Sequence record: NC_048048.2 | Length of the DNA: 64,000 nt | Strand: one strand, 5' to 3' | Shown here: one piece after another, positions 1-8,908 of the stretch | Layout: each line of letters opens with the position of its first letter | Numbering within the stretch: the stretch's first letter is position 1 | The notes under the pieces: generated by a model | Database searches by the model: none | What the model was told of the DNA's origin: nothing | The model's input: the letters and a program-made list of their open reading frames with translations, nothing else | Translations under genes and position numbers: made by a program

Positions 1-471
1 CTTCTCAAGGTCGCGCAGGTCCCCCTTCTTAGGGGCGCCGCCGGCCAGGATCGTACGGCAGAGGTCACGGGCGTCCTTGGTGGCCTTGAGCGCCGTCGCC
101 GCATCCTCCGCGATCGCCTGCGAAGCCAGATTGGCGGCGTCTTCCTTGGCGCTCGTCGGCGGCTCGGCCATGCCGACATACTTGCCGTCGCCCACCCAGC
201 GACGCTGGATCGTGCAGGGCACGCCCATGGTGCCCACGCCGGTGATCAGTTGCGCGAACTGCACTTCGGAGAACGCGATCTTGAGGATTTCCTTGTGCCC
301 GAAGAAACGCTGCTCGACGCCGCGCGTGAAGCGCTCAGCCTCCACGACCGTCAGGGTCATGTAGTGGCCCGTGGGCCAGTCGCAGCCGACGAGATTGCGT
401 TCGCCCGAGGTGCGCAGGATTTGCACCATCCCGTAGGACTCGTGGGCTTCCCTGATTTCGTCGTCGGCCAT
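1..471 (-). CDS. phage hypothetical protein (3'-truncated by window edge)
   Basis: Translated by hand: MADDEIREAHESYGMVQILRTSG...FSEVQFAQLITG...GVPCTIQ, open to position 1; GGAGA RBS and promoter upstream. Confidence 0.75.
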   Translation of the reverse strand, partial: MADDEIREAHESYGMVQILRTSGERNLVGCDWPTGHYMTLTVVEAERFTRGVEQRFFGHKEILKIAFSEVQFAQLITGVGTMGVPCTIQRRWVGDGKYVGMAEPPTSAKEDAANLASQAIAEDAATALKATKDARDLCRTILAGGAPKKGDLRDLEK

Positions 472-496
472 GGGGTCTCCTTTTCCGTTCGGGAGA

Positions 497-534
497 GGTT
501 TAGGACACCCCGCAAAGGGTGTCAACAGTTTTCT
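497..534 (-). promoter_or_regulatory. class A promoter (AGAAAACTGTTGACA-N17-TAAACC) within stem-loop
   Basis: Repeated motif; GACACCC/GGGTGTC inverted repeat in the spacer. Confidence 0.8.
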
Positions 535-565
535 AGCGTGTCCTTTGTCCTGGGATCAAGGACGC

Positions 566-973
566 CTAGTAGTGGTTGGACAGCAATCCGCGCTGGTCCC
601 AGATGTTGGGGCGGGGCTGGATGTAGGGATTGCGCGGATCGTCCCAGGCCAGGGTGTACTCCAGACCGATCATCTTGGCGCAGTCGGCGCCGATCAGGAA
701 CCAACCCATGTCCGAACCGTGGCGAGGCCAGCCGTCATGCGGCTCAGGATAGGGCTCGACCTGGGCGAAGAGATCAGTATCGTCCGGGTGCAGCGCATAG
801 GGACCGCCGCCGACTGTGTGGACCACCCGGCGCGGCTGACCTTCCTTCAGGTCCTTCTGGCAGCGGCAGCAGAAGTGGTTGGACTTCGGATCACGGCGGT
901 AGTCTGGCTCCATCCACACCGCCCGGTACGGGACGCCGGGCATGAACTCCTGCACGAAGGTCGCCTTAGCCAC
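566..973 (-). CDS. hypothetical protein, Cys-containing (CCRC...GADC), possible Zn-binding
   Basis: ORF track 135 aa, overlaps upstream neighbour. Confidence 0.7.
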   Translation of the reverse strand: MAKATFVQEFMPGVPYRAVWMEPDYRRDPKSNHFCCRCQKDLKEGQPRRVVHTVGGGPYALHPDDTDLFAQVEPYPEPHDGWPRHGSDMGWFLIGADCAKMIGLEYTLAWDDPRNPYIQPRPNIWDQRGLLSNHY

Positions 974-1271
974 GCTGGTGGGCCTTCCAACGCGCGTCGA
1001 GGTCTTCCTTGGTCACGAAGGTGCGCGAGGCCTCTTCGCCGCCATAGGGACGCTCGCAGATGAACACCGTCCCCGGCGTCGCCAGCGCAATTTCGGCGCC
1101 TTTGCTGCCTCCCGCCTCCGAGCCGTACTGGCTCATGTGGTAGGCGGAGACCTCGAAGGCTTCGGCGGCCTTGGCCTTAGAGGTGGTGGCCACATAGGCG
1201 TCGCCCTGGCGAGAATTACCGGGGATCGCCGGGTGATAGAAGACGATGCTGAAGACTTTGAGCTTGGCCAT
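966..1271 (-). CDS. hypothetical protein
   Basis: Start moved to MAKLKV (1271), coupled to upstream stop. Confidence 0.7.
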   Translation of the reverse strand: MAKLKVFSIVFYHPAIPGNSRQGDAYVATTSKAKAAEAFEVSAYHMSQYGSEAGGSKGAEIALATPGTVFICERPYGGEEASRTFVTKEDLDARWKAHQRG

Positions 1272-1552
1272 CAGTCGATCACCGCGATGAAGTCGCTTCG
1301 ACGCCGCTTCCAGATGGCCGGACGCCCCGAGGCTTCCAGTTCGGCAGCCACCTCGGCGGTCACCGGCAGGTAGCCGATCTTGTCGTAGGTGGTGTATTCG
1401 AGGGGCGTCGGGCCAGTCTGCGAGGCAGCGTAGTCTTTCAGCCACGCTTCGGCCGTCGCTTCGGTCCGGGTCAGCATGAAGCCGTCGGGGCGCTGGCCCC
1501 AGCCGCTTTCATGTTCGGTCCCAACGAGAACGAAGAGGAAGGTGTGGGTCAT
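1271..1552 (-). CDS. hypothetical protein
   Basis: Start MTHTFLF after AGGAGA RBS, downstream of promoter. Confidence 0.7.
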   Translation of the reverse strand: MTHTFLFVLVGTEHESGWGQRPDGFMLTRTEATAEAWLKDYAASQTGPTPLEYTTYDKIGYLPVTAEVAAELEASGRPAIWKRRRSDFIAVID

Positions 1553-1579
1553 CGGTCTCTTTCTCCTGGTTGTGACACC

Positions 1580-1617
1580 ATCTAGGCGCACGCCAGGAAC
1601 GATGTCAACCGTTTTCT
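1580..1617 (-). promoter_or_regulatory. class A promoter (AGAAAACGGTTGACA-N17-CTAGAT) within stem-loop
   Basis: Repeated motif, intergenic. Confidence 0.8.
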
Positions 1618-1621
1618 CGCA

Positions 1622-1918
1622 CTAGGGACGGAACTCGATCTCGTCCCAGTGCTCGTGGATGTAGGCGGCCAGTTCCCGCCCCAGGGGCGTGATCACGTGC
1701 CAGCGCTTACCTTCGACCGCTTCGGCCACGCCCAGCGCCTTGAGGTGATTTTCAACACCGATCGCGGCGAGCGTGGTCCACTTGCCGCAGCCCGTGAAGA
1801 TGCGAGTATCACCCCACGGGCAGTCAGGATTAAGCACGCCAGGGTGGGTAATGAAACGCCGCAGATTGATGGCGCCGTTGAGCGTCAGGCGCGCGGCCAG
1901 GGCGGCAAGGTCAGCCAT
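1622..1918 (-). CDS. hypothetical protein
   Basis: Start MADLAAL, overlaps upstream gene end. Confidence 0.65.
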   Translation of the reverse strand: MADLAALAARLTLNGAINLRRFITHPGVLNPDCPWGDTRIFTGCGKWTTLAAIGVENHLKALGVAEAVEGKRWHVITPLGRELAAYIHEHWDEIEFRP

Positions 1919-2243
1919 CTTCGCGCACTCGCCGTTCGATGTAGGCGCGCATCGCCTCTGAAGAGGCATAGCGCCACGTCCAGGGGGCCTTGTCAGGATC
2001 GACGCCGTTGAACCGGCATAGCCACAGATAGCCGGCCTCGGTGTGCGGAAACTGCTCGGCGGCGGCCGGAAAACCGGTCAGCCGAAAGCATGCAGCGACC
2101 TCGGCGGGCGTCAGATTGGGCGGCCGGACGTGGGTCAGCTTGACCTTCACCTCCTCGGGCGGGGCCGGTGGCGGAGGCTCGACTTCGTAGCCGGCCTTGC
2201 GCAGCAACTTGATCGCCGCCGCGATCTCAGGCGACGGCTTCAT
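1911..2243 (-). CDS. hypothetical protein
   Basis: Start MKPSPE, ATGA coupling. Confidence 0.65.
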   Translation of the reverse strand: MKPSPEIAAAIKLLRKAGYEVEPPPPAPPEEVKVKLTHVRPPNLTPAEVAACFRLTGFPAAAEQFPHTEAGYLWLCRFNGVDPDKAPWTWRYASSEAMRAYIERRVREDG

Positions 2244-2374
2244 CCCTGGACACTCTTTTGGAAGTCCCACCCATCCAGCCACGACCAGCGATCCAGGCTC
2301 AGCAGCCCGTAGGGGCAGGCCGAACGCGGCTTGCCTTGCACGAACGCCAGTTGGCCTTGCTGATAGGGGTCCAT
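2240..2374 (-). CDS. ribosome modulation factor (Rmf)-like small protein
   Basis: 44 aa MDPYQQGQLAFVQGKPRSACPYGLLSLDRWSWLDGW matches the Rmf pattern Y..G..A...G.....CPY......WL.GW. Confidence 0.6.
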   Translation of the reverse strand: MDPYQQGQLAFVQGKPRSACPYGLLSLDRWSWLDGWDFQKSVQG

Positions 2375-2784
2375 TACTTCCTCTTCTGGTTCAGGTGCTT
2401 TTGCAGGGCCTCCTCGTAACCCGACAGGGTGTAGTTGGCCTCGGCAAAGACGCGAGCGTATATCACGGCGCAGCGGTCCGTACAGAACAGACCATCCTTG
2501 TAGCTTTCGCCATCCCACACCGTGACCTTGTCGATGTAGTCGCCGCCCGTCTCTCGCCGATAGACGTCGTGGAACGAGTTGTTCGGATCGTACCGGCGCC
2601 AGGAGACCGACACGATAATGCCGTTGACGAGGCCTTGGACCTCGGCCTTGCTGCGCGGATAGGTGGAGCCGAACCGTCGGCTGTCACCGCTCGCCATCTG
2701 GCCGAAGTAGTAGTAGTCGGTGGCCTTGCCGATCGGCTTGAAGCAGCAGCGGCACAGCGGGGCGACGGCGGACTTGAACGACAT
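2374..2784 (-). CDS. hypothetical protein with CxCC and CxxxC (Zn-binding?)
   Basis: ORF track 136 aa, coupled. Confidence 0.7.
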   Translation of the reverse strand: MSFKSAVAPLCRCCFKPIGKATDYYYFGQMASGDSRRFGSTYPRSKAEVQGLVNGIIVSVSWRRYDPNNSFHDVYRRETGGDYIDKVTVWDGESYKDGLFCTDRCAVIYARVFAEANYTLSGYEEALQKHLNQKRK

Positions 2785-3551
2785 TAGGTGCGAGCCTCTT
2801 TGACGATCGCGATGGCCTTCATCAGGCTGTCGACCTCGTAGTTGGTCAGATCGATAGCCTTGGCCTCGGCCTTGGCGCGGATGCCTTCGAGCGCCTCGAT
2901 CAGGTCGGCCTTGTCCTGGGCCGCCTTCTCCTCCGACAGGCGCCAGCGCTCGGCGCGCTCAGCGGCGGCCTTCTTGGCGTTTTCGGCGGATTCTCTCGCC
3001 TGGGTCAAGGAAGGTAGCTTGCCAGCCAGGAATTGCTTGTAGGCCTGGAAGAGGGCCATTTCCTTGGAGTGGGCCGTGTCGACATAGGTGCGATTGGCCT
3101 GCTTGTCGACGCCGTCGACCGTGACCGTGTAGGGCTCGACGGCGGGATCGGGCTTCTGGCCCACCAGCGTCTCGCCCGTGGTTTGATCGACGTGCAGGCT
3201 GCGGATCATCCACTTGCCGCCGTAGCCGGTGTCGAAGAGGATGTGCGCGAACGGCTCGCCGTTCAGCGTGGCGTAGTTGGCGCTTTTCCAGCCCTTTTTT
3301 CGGGGATTGGTGTCTTCCCACGGCACGATCTTCAGGTCCGCGCCGGCCTCGGCCAACTTCAGCTTGCCGGCATACCGGGCGCAGCCAGGGCAGGAAGCAC
3401 GCATGGGGTCTTCGGTGGAGCGGTCAACGCGCGTCGTGTCCCGCTCACCGCAGTAGAAGACGTACTCGACCCGAGGGGTCGTGGTCCCGGCATAGAAGCC
3501 CAGGTCATTCTTCTCTTTGATGAGATGGGTGTGCTGAGCGCGTCGGGCCAT
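2784..3551 (-). CDS. hypothetical protein
   Basis: ORF track 255 aa, AAGGAG RBS, directly after promoter. Confidence 0.75.
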   Translation of the reverse strand: MARRAQHTHLIKEKNDLGFYAGTTTPRVEYVFYCGERDTTRVDRSTEDPMRASCPGCARYAGKLKLAEAGADLKIVPWEDTNPRKKGWKSANYATLNGEPFAHILFDTGYGGKWMIRSLHVDQTTGETLVGQKPDPAVEPYTVTVDGVDKQANRTYVDTAHSKEMALFQAYKQFLAGKLPSLTQARESAENAKKAAAERAERWRLSEEKAAQDKADLIEALEGIRAKAEAKAIDLTNYEVDSLMKAIAIVKEART

Positions 3552-3575
3552 GCTGATCTCCTTGCTGTTCGAGAC

Positions 3576-4061
3576 CTAGATAGGAGCCCAATGGTCGCTT
3601 GTCAACCGTTTTATCGCAGGATGGATATGCCAGCGCCACCAGCGGCTCGCCACGACCAGACCGCCAGCGATCGTTAGGGACAGAAGCTGCGCGGCGTAGA
3701 GAACGTTGATCACCAGCACATAGCCACGACTGGAGACGTGGACGCCGAGTACGGCCTTCAGGTACCAGAAGACAAGATGCGAGGCCATCTGCGCATAGAG
3801 GGACAGGGTGACCGCGCGGCTCCACCATGTAGGTCGCGTGAAACAGATCAGGCCGGCCAAGGCGCCCTGGACGCCATCGATCCAGGTATAGACGATCAAA
3901 GAGGAGGAATCGACGTAGAAGTAGACGCGCATCAGGTTGCAGACGATCCAACTGATGCAAAACATCGTGGCGACCGACTGCATGGCCGGGCGCCAGGAAA
4001 GCAGCGCAACCACTCCGGTAAGGAGGGTCGCGCCAGCAAAGATTTGCCCCCAGAACCCCAT
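3576..4061 (-). CDS. multi-pass membrane protein
   Basis: 161 aa with about 5 hydrophobic segments. Confidence 0.7.
   Translation of the reverse strand: MGFWGQIFAGATLLTGVVALLSWRPAMQSVATMFCISWIVCNLMRVYFYVDSSSLIVYTWIDGVQGALAGLICFTRPTWWSRAVTLSLYAQMASHLVFWYLKAVLGVHVSSRGYVLVINVLYAAQLLSLTIAGGLVVASRWWRWHIHPAIKRLTSDHWAPI
3577..3614 (-). promoter_or_regulatory. class A promoter (ATAAAACGGTTGACA-N17-TATCTA)
   Basis: Repeated motif, overlaps 3' end of upstream gene. Confidence 0.75.
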
Positions 4062-4064
4062 GCG

Positions 4065-4304
4065 TTACGGGATCGTCGGTTCGTCTTCGGGCGGCTTGTC
4101 ATTGCCGCCCGAACGCTCGACCGCGACGTCCTTGATGCGCGGGCCAAAGACCCCGGCCGCATAGTTGAGGATGACGTTCAGTCGGTTGTGGATGCGATCC
4201 ACGGTGGCCTTGATCTCCGGCTGATCGGCGACCTGCTGGTGCAGGATCACGAAGTCCTCGGCGATGGCGCCCACGAAGGTAATGGCCTTGTCGATGATGC
4301 TCAC
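4065..4304 (-). CDS. hypothetical protein
   Basis: 79 aa, GGGAGG RBS. Confidence 0.65.
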   Translation of the reverse strand: MSIIDKAITFVGAIAEDFVILHQQVADQPEIKATVDRIHNRLNVILNYAAGVFGPRIKDVAVERSGGNDKPPEDEPTIP

Positions 4305-4369
4305 TGGAGCCTCCCTTTACTCAGAACGAGGTTCTGCCTAGCAGCCGCGCTGCGGGGACGCGAGAGAAA

Positions 4370-4759
4370 TCATTGTGACGCGGCGGCTTTCGCAGCCTTG
4401 CGGGCCTTTACCTCTGCCGTCCTGGCTGCCATGAAGGCCTCGCCTTCTTCGCGATCGCGCCAGATTTCACGATGCTCCAGCAGGAAGGCGAAGCCGGCGG
4501 CCGACAACCGGTACTGCTTGGAGCCGCGCCGGTTCTTGAACTGCTTGTTGTGCAGTTCGGGCATGTTGCCGTGCCCGCGCTGGCAGAAATCGACCAGACC
4601 GCGCTTGGCGAGCTTCGCCAGCGTGCCCGAGTGGTGCGAGCCGTTCGAGGCGCCGATCTCGTAGGGCGTGTGCCATTTGATCGGGTCGTCCCGCCACAGC
4701 GGCGCCAGTTCGTTGAGCGTGGCGATGTCGCGCTCGGTCAGGGGCTTGAGGCCGGCCAT
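4370..4759 (-). CDS. hypothetical protein, possible winged-helix DNA-binding
   Basis: Start MAGLKP; TLAKLAKRGLV...YRLSAAG pattern. Confidence 0.6.
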   Translation of the reverse strand: MAGLKPLTERDIATLNELAPLWRDDPIKWHTPYEIGASNGSHHSGTLAKLAKRGLVDFCQRGHGNMPELHNKQFKNRRGSKQYRLSAAGFAFLLEHREIWRDREEGEAFMAARTAEVKARKAAKAAASQ

Positions 4760-5010
4760 CAGAAGTCCATGTCCAGAACGATGGTATGGGTGAAGCTGCC
4801 GTCGGTCAGGGTTTCCTTGACGATCCGCAGGCCATTCACCACGCGACCGCTTTGGTCCTGGACGTAGAACGACAGGCCCTCTTCTTCCTTTTCGGCTTCT
4901 TCGCACTGGTGCTGGGCCGTGCTCAGCGCCTCGATCAGATCGTAGGCGTAGGTAAGGCCCAGGCCATCGTCGCCCGAGGTTTCGAAGATCACTTCCTTGG
5001 TCATGGTCAC
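4759..5010 (-). CDS. acidic hypothetical protein
   Basis: ORF track 83 aa, coupled. Confidence 0.65.
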   Translation of the reverse strand: MTMTKEVIFETSGDDGLGLTYAYDLIEALSTAQHQCEEAEKEEEGLSFYVQDQSGRVVNGLRIVKETLTDGSFTHTIVLDMDF

Positions 5011-5594
5011 TCCTTTCTGGCCAAGGCGTCCGCCTCGGCTTCGAGTTTACGGGCCTTGTCGATCAGCGTACTGTGACCGGGCGTGTTCACGAGGTTGCGG
5101 GCCACGTCACGCAGTTCCTGAGCCGACCGGCGCAACGCGGCGATCTCGATGTCGACCTCGTTCGACGGGTCCTTCGGGATGAAGACCACCGACGGCCGCC
5201 GCGTATAATCCCGCGACTGCTTGCGCTTTTTCGTGCGGATCGCCTTGCGTTTGGCCGCGCCGTAGCCCTCGTGATAGTAGGTGTAGACCAGCGTGCTCCT
5301 CCCCGGCGTCTGGCTGGGGACCAGCATGCTTTCGCGTTTCAGCGGAAACACCGGAGCCTCGATCCGCGTCCAGCGGTCATCGAACGGTATGGCGGGCTCG
5401 AAAGTCTTCGGGCCACCCTCGGCGGGGCTTTCACGGCCAACCTTGACACCATCGGGGTCATAGTAGACGACGTCCATCAGGACCTCGTCGCCGCAGGCGT
5501 ACGATTGGCGCACGCGCCCGACGACGATCCGGCCGTCGTGATTTTCGGCGACCCAGTCGCCCTGGACGATGGGAAGGATGCGCTCGTCGCTCAC
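5007..5594 (-). CDS. hypothetical protein
   Basis: GTG start overlapping upstream stop. Confidence 0.7.
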   Translation of the reverse strand: MSDERILPIVQGDWVAENHDGRIVVGRVRQSYACGDEVLMDVVYYDPDGVKVGRESPAEGGPKTFEPAIPFDDRWTRIEAPVFPLKRESMLVPSQTPGRSTLVYTYYHEGYGAAKRKAIRTKKRKQSRDYTRRPSVVFIPKDPSNEVDIEIAALRRSAQELRDVARNLVNTPGHSTLIDKARKLEAEADALARKE

Positions 5595-5758
5595 AGGCCG
5601 TAGGCCTCCATGACCAGCAGGATGGCCCACGGGGCGAACGCGAAGGCCCCCGCCAAGGCAAGCGCCAGCGATCCGCCCACCATGCCGCTGATCATCAGCG
5701 AAGCACCAGCGACGGTGAAGATGCTGTAGCCGACCAATCGGTGCTTGCGGCGCGACAT
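5591..5758 (-). CDS. small membrane protein (55 aa)
   Basis: Hand-translated MSRRKHRLVGYSIFTVAGASLMISG...; GGAGG RBS; below ORF-track cutoff. Confidence 0.65.
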   Translation of the reverse strand: MSRRKHRLVGYSIFTVAGASLMISGMVGGSLALALAGAFAFAPWAILLVMEAYGL

Positions 5759-5788
5759 GATGCCTCCGGGTTGCTGAAGTTGAGAGGA

Positions 5789-5826
5789 CTTCTATGACGC
5801 GAATGGCGTCGAGTCAACTCATTTCT
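5789..5826 (-). promoter_or_regulatory. class A-variant promoter whose 17-bp spacer is exactly a class B operator (5795-5811)
   Basis: AGAAATGAGTTGACT-[CGACGCCATTCGCGTCA]-TAGAAG on minus strand. Confidence 0.7.
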
Positions 5827-5980
5827 TGTAGAAGTGCGAAGCTGCCCAAATAAGGGCGCCAACACCTGCTAGGCCCCAGATCAGGGTCGACCCATGCAGG
5901 ACGATGCGCGCATGCGAGACATAGTAGACCAGTCCTGCGCCGACGATGACGGCAATGGCGATGCCGAATTTGGAATTCAT
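5819..5980 (-). CDS. small two-helix membrane protein
   Basis: Start MNSKFGIA after GAGGA RBS. Confidence 0.65.
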   Translation of the reverse strand: MNSKFGIAIAVIVGAGLVYYVSHARIVLHGSTLIWGLAGVGALIWAASHFYKK

Positions 5981-6058
5981 GTCGATCCTCTGAAACCGAT
6001 GCGGCATAGGCCCGTTGAGGGCCTTGTTACCGCCGGCGGAGCTTCCACCGGAAAATCT

Positions 6059-6109
6059 TCTGTGACGTCGATCGTGACACTTGTCAACCACGGCGTCGTG
6101 TGTCTAGGT
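6059..6109. promoter_or_regulatory. back-to-back divergent promoters plus class B operator (6063-6079) at the strand switch
   Basis: TTGTCAA at 6081-6087 reads TTGACA leftward and TTGTCA-N17-CTAGGT rightward; TGACGTCGATCGTGACA adjacent. Confidence 0.65.
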
Positions 6110-6135
6110 AGAGGGACGAGTGCATGAGGACGGCG

Positions 6136-6588
6136 ATGGGGCGCTATACCAGCTTGTTCGAGGAGGCGGCCCAGGCTGTGGACGCAAGGTCCCAGTATCC
6201 AGGGCAGACCATCCCCGGACTGTGGGAGACCTCCGATACGGCTTCCTGGTCGGTCCTGATGGGCGTGATTATGGGCGATGCCCTGGCTGTCGTCTGTCGT
6301 CGACGAGACGATTGTGTGCTCGAACATGCCCTGGAGCGCTTGATCCAGATCACGGCGGGCGTGGAGGTTGAACTAAAGGGCGACCCCGCGCAGATTGCGT
6401 CGCGCAGGCTTAGGCTGGCGGCCCAAATCAACGCCGAACGTGTGGAGACTGCCGTCGAGCGCCTTAGTCGACTCGCGGCCGAGGCAGCCACCCACCTCGA
6501 AGGCGAGAATGATCCTCGTCTCAAGCAACTGGTCATCGACATACGCGCCGCCATTGGCGACGCCAAGGAAGCAGGAAAGATCGAGTGA
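6136..6588 (+). CDS. hypothetical protein
   Basis: Start MGRYTS after GAGGA; first rightward gene. Confidence 0.7.
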   Translation: MGRYTSLFEEAAQAVDARSQYPGQTIPGLWETSDTASWSVLMGVIMGDALAVVCRRRDDCVLEHALERLIQITAGVEVELKGDPAQIASRRLRLAAQINAERVETAVERLSRLAAEAATHLEGENDPRLKQLVIDIRAAIGDAKEAGKIE

Positions 6589-7139
6589 CGACGCCGACCA
6601 AGACCAAGATCAAGGGTTCCAAACGCTTGGCCCGCCGCGCGGCGGCCCGCGCCCTCTATGGCGTCAAGCCTCCCGCTGGCGGCTACAAGGTCAAGCCCTC
6701 GACCCGCTTCTTCTCCAAGCCCGCGCTACCCTCGGAGAGGGAGACACGGATAGAGACCCTCACGGGCATCCTGGAGAAGGCGACCAAGGTCAAGCAAAAC
6801 CAACCGCCCTTCTATCAGAACATCTATTGGACCGACCGCTCGGGTACGACCCAGCGGCTGGTTGAAATGCCCATGATGCACCTGAAGTCGGCGATCCATC
6901 TGGTCCGGCTCAATCGCATCGAGGCCATGAAGGCGGCGGCCAAGGTCAAGGGGCAGGCTGAGCGCAGTGCGCTCAATTCCCGCGCGGCCCTGGCCTGCGC
7001 GTGGCTGGTCTGCATGGAAGCCGAGGCCGAGCGCCGCGATCCGACCTATGCCGCCCTGCGCAAGCTGCAAGGCCACACCAAGGCCACGCCGACCCCGGTC
7101 GAGATCGCGGCCCTCCCTGGCACCTTCATCGGCGCCTAA
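6585..7139 (+). CDS. basic hypothetical protein
   Basis: ORF track 184 aa, GTGA coupling. Confidence 0.7.
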   Translation: MTTPTKTKIKGSKRLARRAAARALYGVKPPAGGYKVKPSTRFFSKPALPSERETRIETLTGILEKATKVKQNQPPFYQNIYWTDRSGTTQRLVEMPMMHLKSAIHLVRLNRIEAMKAAAKVKGQAERSALNSRAALACAWLVCMEAEAERRDPTYAALRKLQGHTKATPTPVEIAALPGTFIGA

Positions 7140-7143
7140 CCCC

Positions 7144-8232
7144 ATGGTCTACTACGCCACGCGCTACGGCCTCCCTAACGGTTCGATCCAGATCACCCAG
7201 TGCTATGCCGAGTCCGAAGAACACCTCAAAGAGGTGATGGCGGCGCGTGGCATGGGCGAGGTCCACCATCCGACCGGCTACGCCATCGCCAAGCCCACCA
7301 TGCCCTCCGCATGGCTTGAGAAGCGCGACTACGCCAAGGCCATCCATGCCTTGACCTGGGCGGCGATGATCGCCGTCAAGTCGGGCGTGGACGCCTGGAC
7401 CCTGCTTCACGACAGGGGCCTGATGCACGAGTTGGCGCACCTCAACGAGTACAACACCGAGGTCACCGCCCACCGGCCGATGGATGCTTGGTTGAACGCC
7501 TTCGGCCACCCAAGCGGGCTGGGCGCTGAACCGATCGATCTCAGGGCGCGTCGGCTGAAGCTCGTCGACGATCTCAAGGCCTTCGAGGCGACGGTCCCTG
7601 GACTGGCGCCCACACCGCCGAAGATCACGACCGCCGACTATAGCGAACTCGAAAAGCGCGTCATGGCCTACGCCTACGACTACCTGCTCGAAGACAGCGC
7701 CATCGAGTTCAAGACCGCGCCCAAGAAGGGCGAGAAGATCGAGGTCTTCTACGACTATGCTGCCGAGGACGTCACCCCGCCTCCGCCTCGGATGCGCGAG
7801 GGCTCCCGCGACTTCGACAAGCAGCGCCTGGAGCAATCCAAGGCCGCCAAGATGCAGCGCACCCAGGCTCTGGTGGCCAAGCTGAAGGCGTCCACCGACA
7901 AGGTCAAGGAAGCCGCTGAAAAGGCCAACGCCATCTTGGCGCCGCCCTCGGAGGCAAGGGAGTCTGCGTTCAGTTCGCTCCTGCGCGAGTACGCCGACAA
8001 GGTGATGAGCGCCCCGATGCGCAAGGACGCTGTCATTCCCAACGTGTTCTTGACGGGCAGGTCCTTCCGAGCCTCAAAAGTCGAGCCGGAAGTGCAGAAT
8101 TTCGATCCCAAGGAACAGAAGTTCAAGTACGAGTACATCTTCGAGGTGCCCAGCAAGACCCTAGATCAGAAAATCCTCGAAAACCTGACGCACAAGCAAG
8201 ACTTGGCGTTCAAGCTCGGAAGTCCTCTGTGA
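7144..8232 (+). CDS. HExxH-motif family protein, paralog 1, with long C-terminal extension
   Basis: Start MVYYATRYG; LLHDRGLMHELAHL; alignable to 9987-10487 and 35798-36400. Confidence 0.75.
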   Translation: MVYYATRYGLPNGSIQITQCYAESEEHLKEVMAARGMGEVHHPTGYAIAKPTMPSAWLEKRDYAKAIHALTWAAMIAVKSGVDAWTLLHDRGLMHELAHLNEYNTEVTAHRPMDAWLNAFGHPSGLGAEPIDLRARRLKLVDDLKAFEATVPGLAPTPPKITTADYSELEKRVMAYAYDYLLEDSAIEFKTAPKKGEKIEVFYDYAAEDVTPPPPRMREGSRDFDKQRLEQSKAAKMQRTQALVAKLKASTDKVKEAAEKANAILAPPSEARESAFSSLLREYADKVMSAPMRKDAVIPNVFLTGRSFRASKVEPEVQNFDPKEQKFKYEYIFEVPSKTLDQKILENLTHKQDLAFKLGSPL

Positions 8233-8732
8233 TGATTACTCCTGCCCGCCTGCCGGAACTGGACGACCGTTGCGCCTGCTATGGCCAATGGCTCGACGAA
8301 GACATGTGGGTCACCGGCACGATCGTCGCGATCAGCGGCAACGGGGCCACGATCAAGACCGATCAGGGCAAGGAACTGAAGGTTCCCCACCGGCGCCTGA
8401 CCTGGAAGAAGGCCCGCTCGGAGTGGGCAGTCTGGTCGCCTCAGGTCGATCATGAGGTCGAGAAGATTCGCACCCAACGGGGCGGAGACGGCCGATCGAA
8501 GTACAATCGCAGGCTCGTGCCCGGCGAGTACATTCGCTGCCAGATGGGTTCGAAGTTCGTCGGCGGGTTCGTCTGCCGCGTGCTGCTCGAAGGTTTCATG
8601 ATCACCATCCCCAAGGAGAAATCCCTGGTGCCCGACGCTGGCGTCGGCAACTTCGTGATCTCCGCCGACATGCTCTCCTACGACCAGGATCGTCAATGCT
8701 GGCAGGCCCGCTACACGCGGGTCAAGCCGTGA
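8229..8732 (+). CDS. hypothetical protein
   Basis: ORF track 167 aa, coupled. Confidence 0.7.
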   Translation: MMITPARLPELDDRCACYGQWLDEDMWVTGTIVAISGNGATIKTDQGKELKVPHRRLTWKKARSEWAVWSPQVDHEVEKIRTQRGGDGRSKYNRRLVPGEYIRCQMGSKFVGGFVCRVLLEGFMITIPKEKSLVPDAGVGNFVISADMLSYDQDRQCWQARYTRVKP

Positions 8733-8908
8733 CCAAGGACGACGCGCTCAAGGTCGCCGAGGCCGTGAACGCCATCGGAGACGTGGGCTTCTATCGGACC
8801 GAGACCCTGGCGCGTCTGCGTCGGGCTTTCCCCGAGGTCGCCGATGTCCTGGTCATTGACTATCCGTCCAGCCGCCAGGAAAGGGAGGCTCGCCGTGCAT
8901 CTGCCTGA
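8729..8908 (+). CDS. small hypothetical protein
   Basis: GTGA-coupled start VTKDDALK. Confidence 0.55.
   Translation: MTKDDALKVAEAVNAIGDVGFYRTETLARLRRAFPEVADVLVIDYPSSRQEREARRASA

Noticed and set aside
77-6127. Plus-strand ORFs over the left arm (e.g. 250-945, 3738-4664)
   Set aside because: Shadows of the coupled minus-strand genes; Arg/Pro/Gly-rich off-frame composition
6967-7143. Long N-terminal extensions given by the ORF track (also 9756, 14250, 24261, 44781, 46135)
   Set aside because: They overlap upstream genes out of frame; the true starts are the coupled ATG/GTG with RBS listed in features
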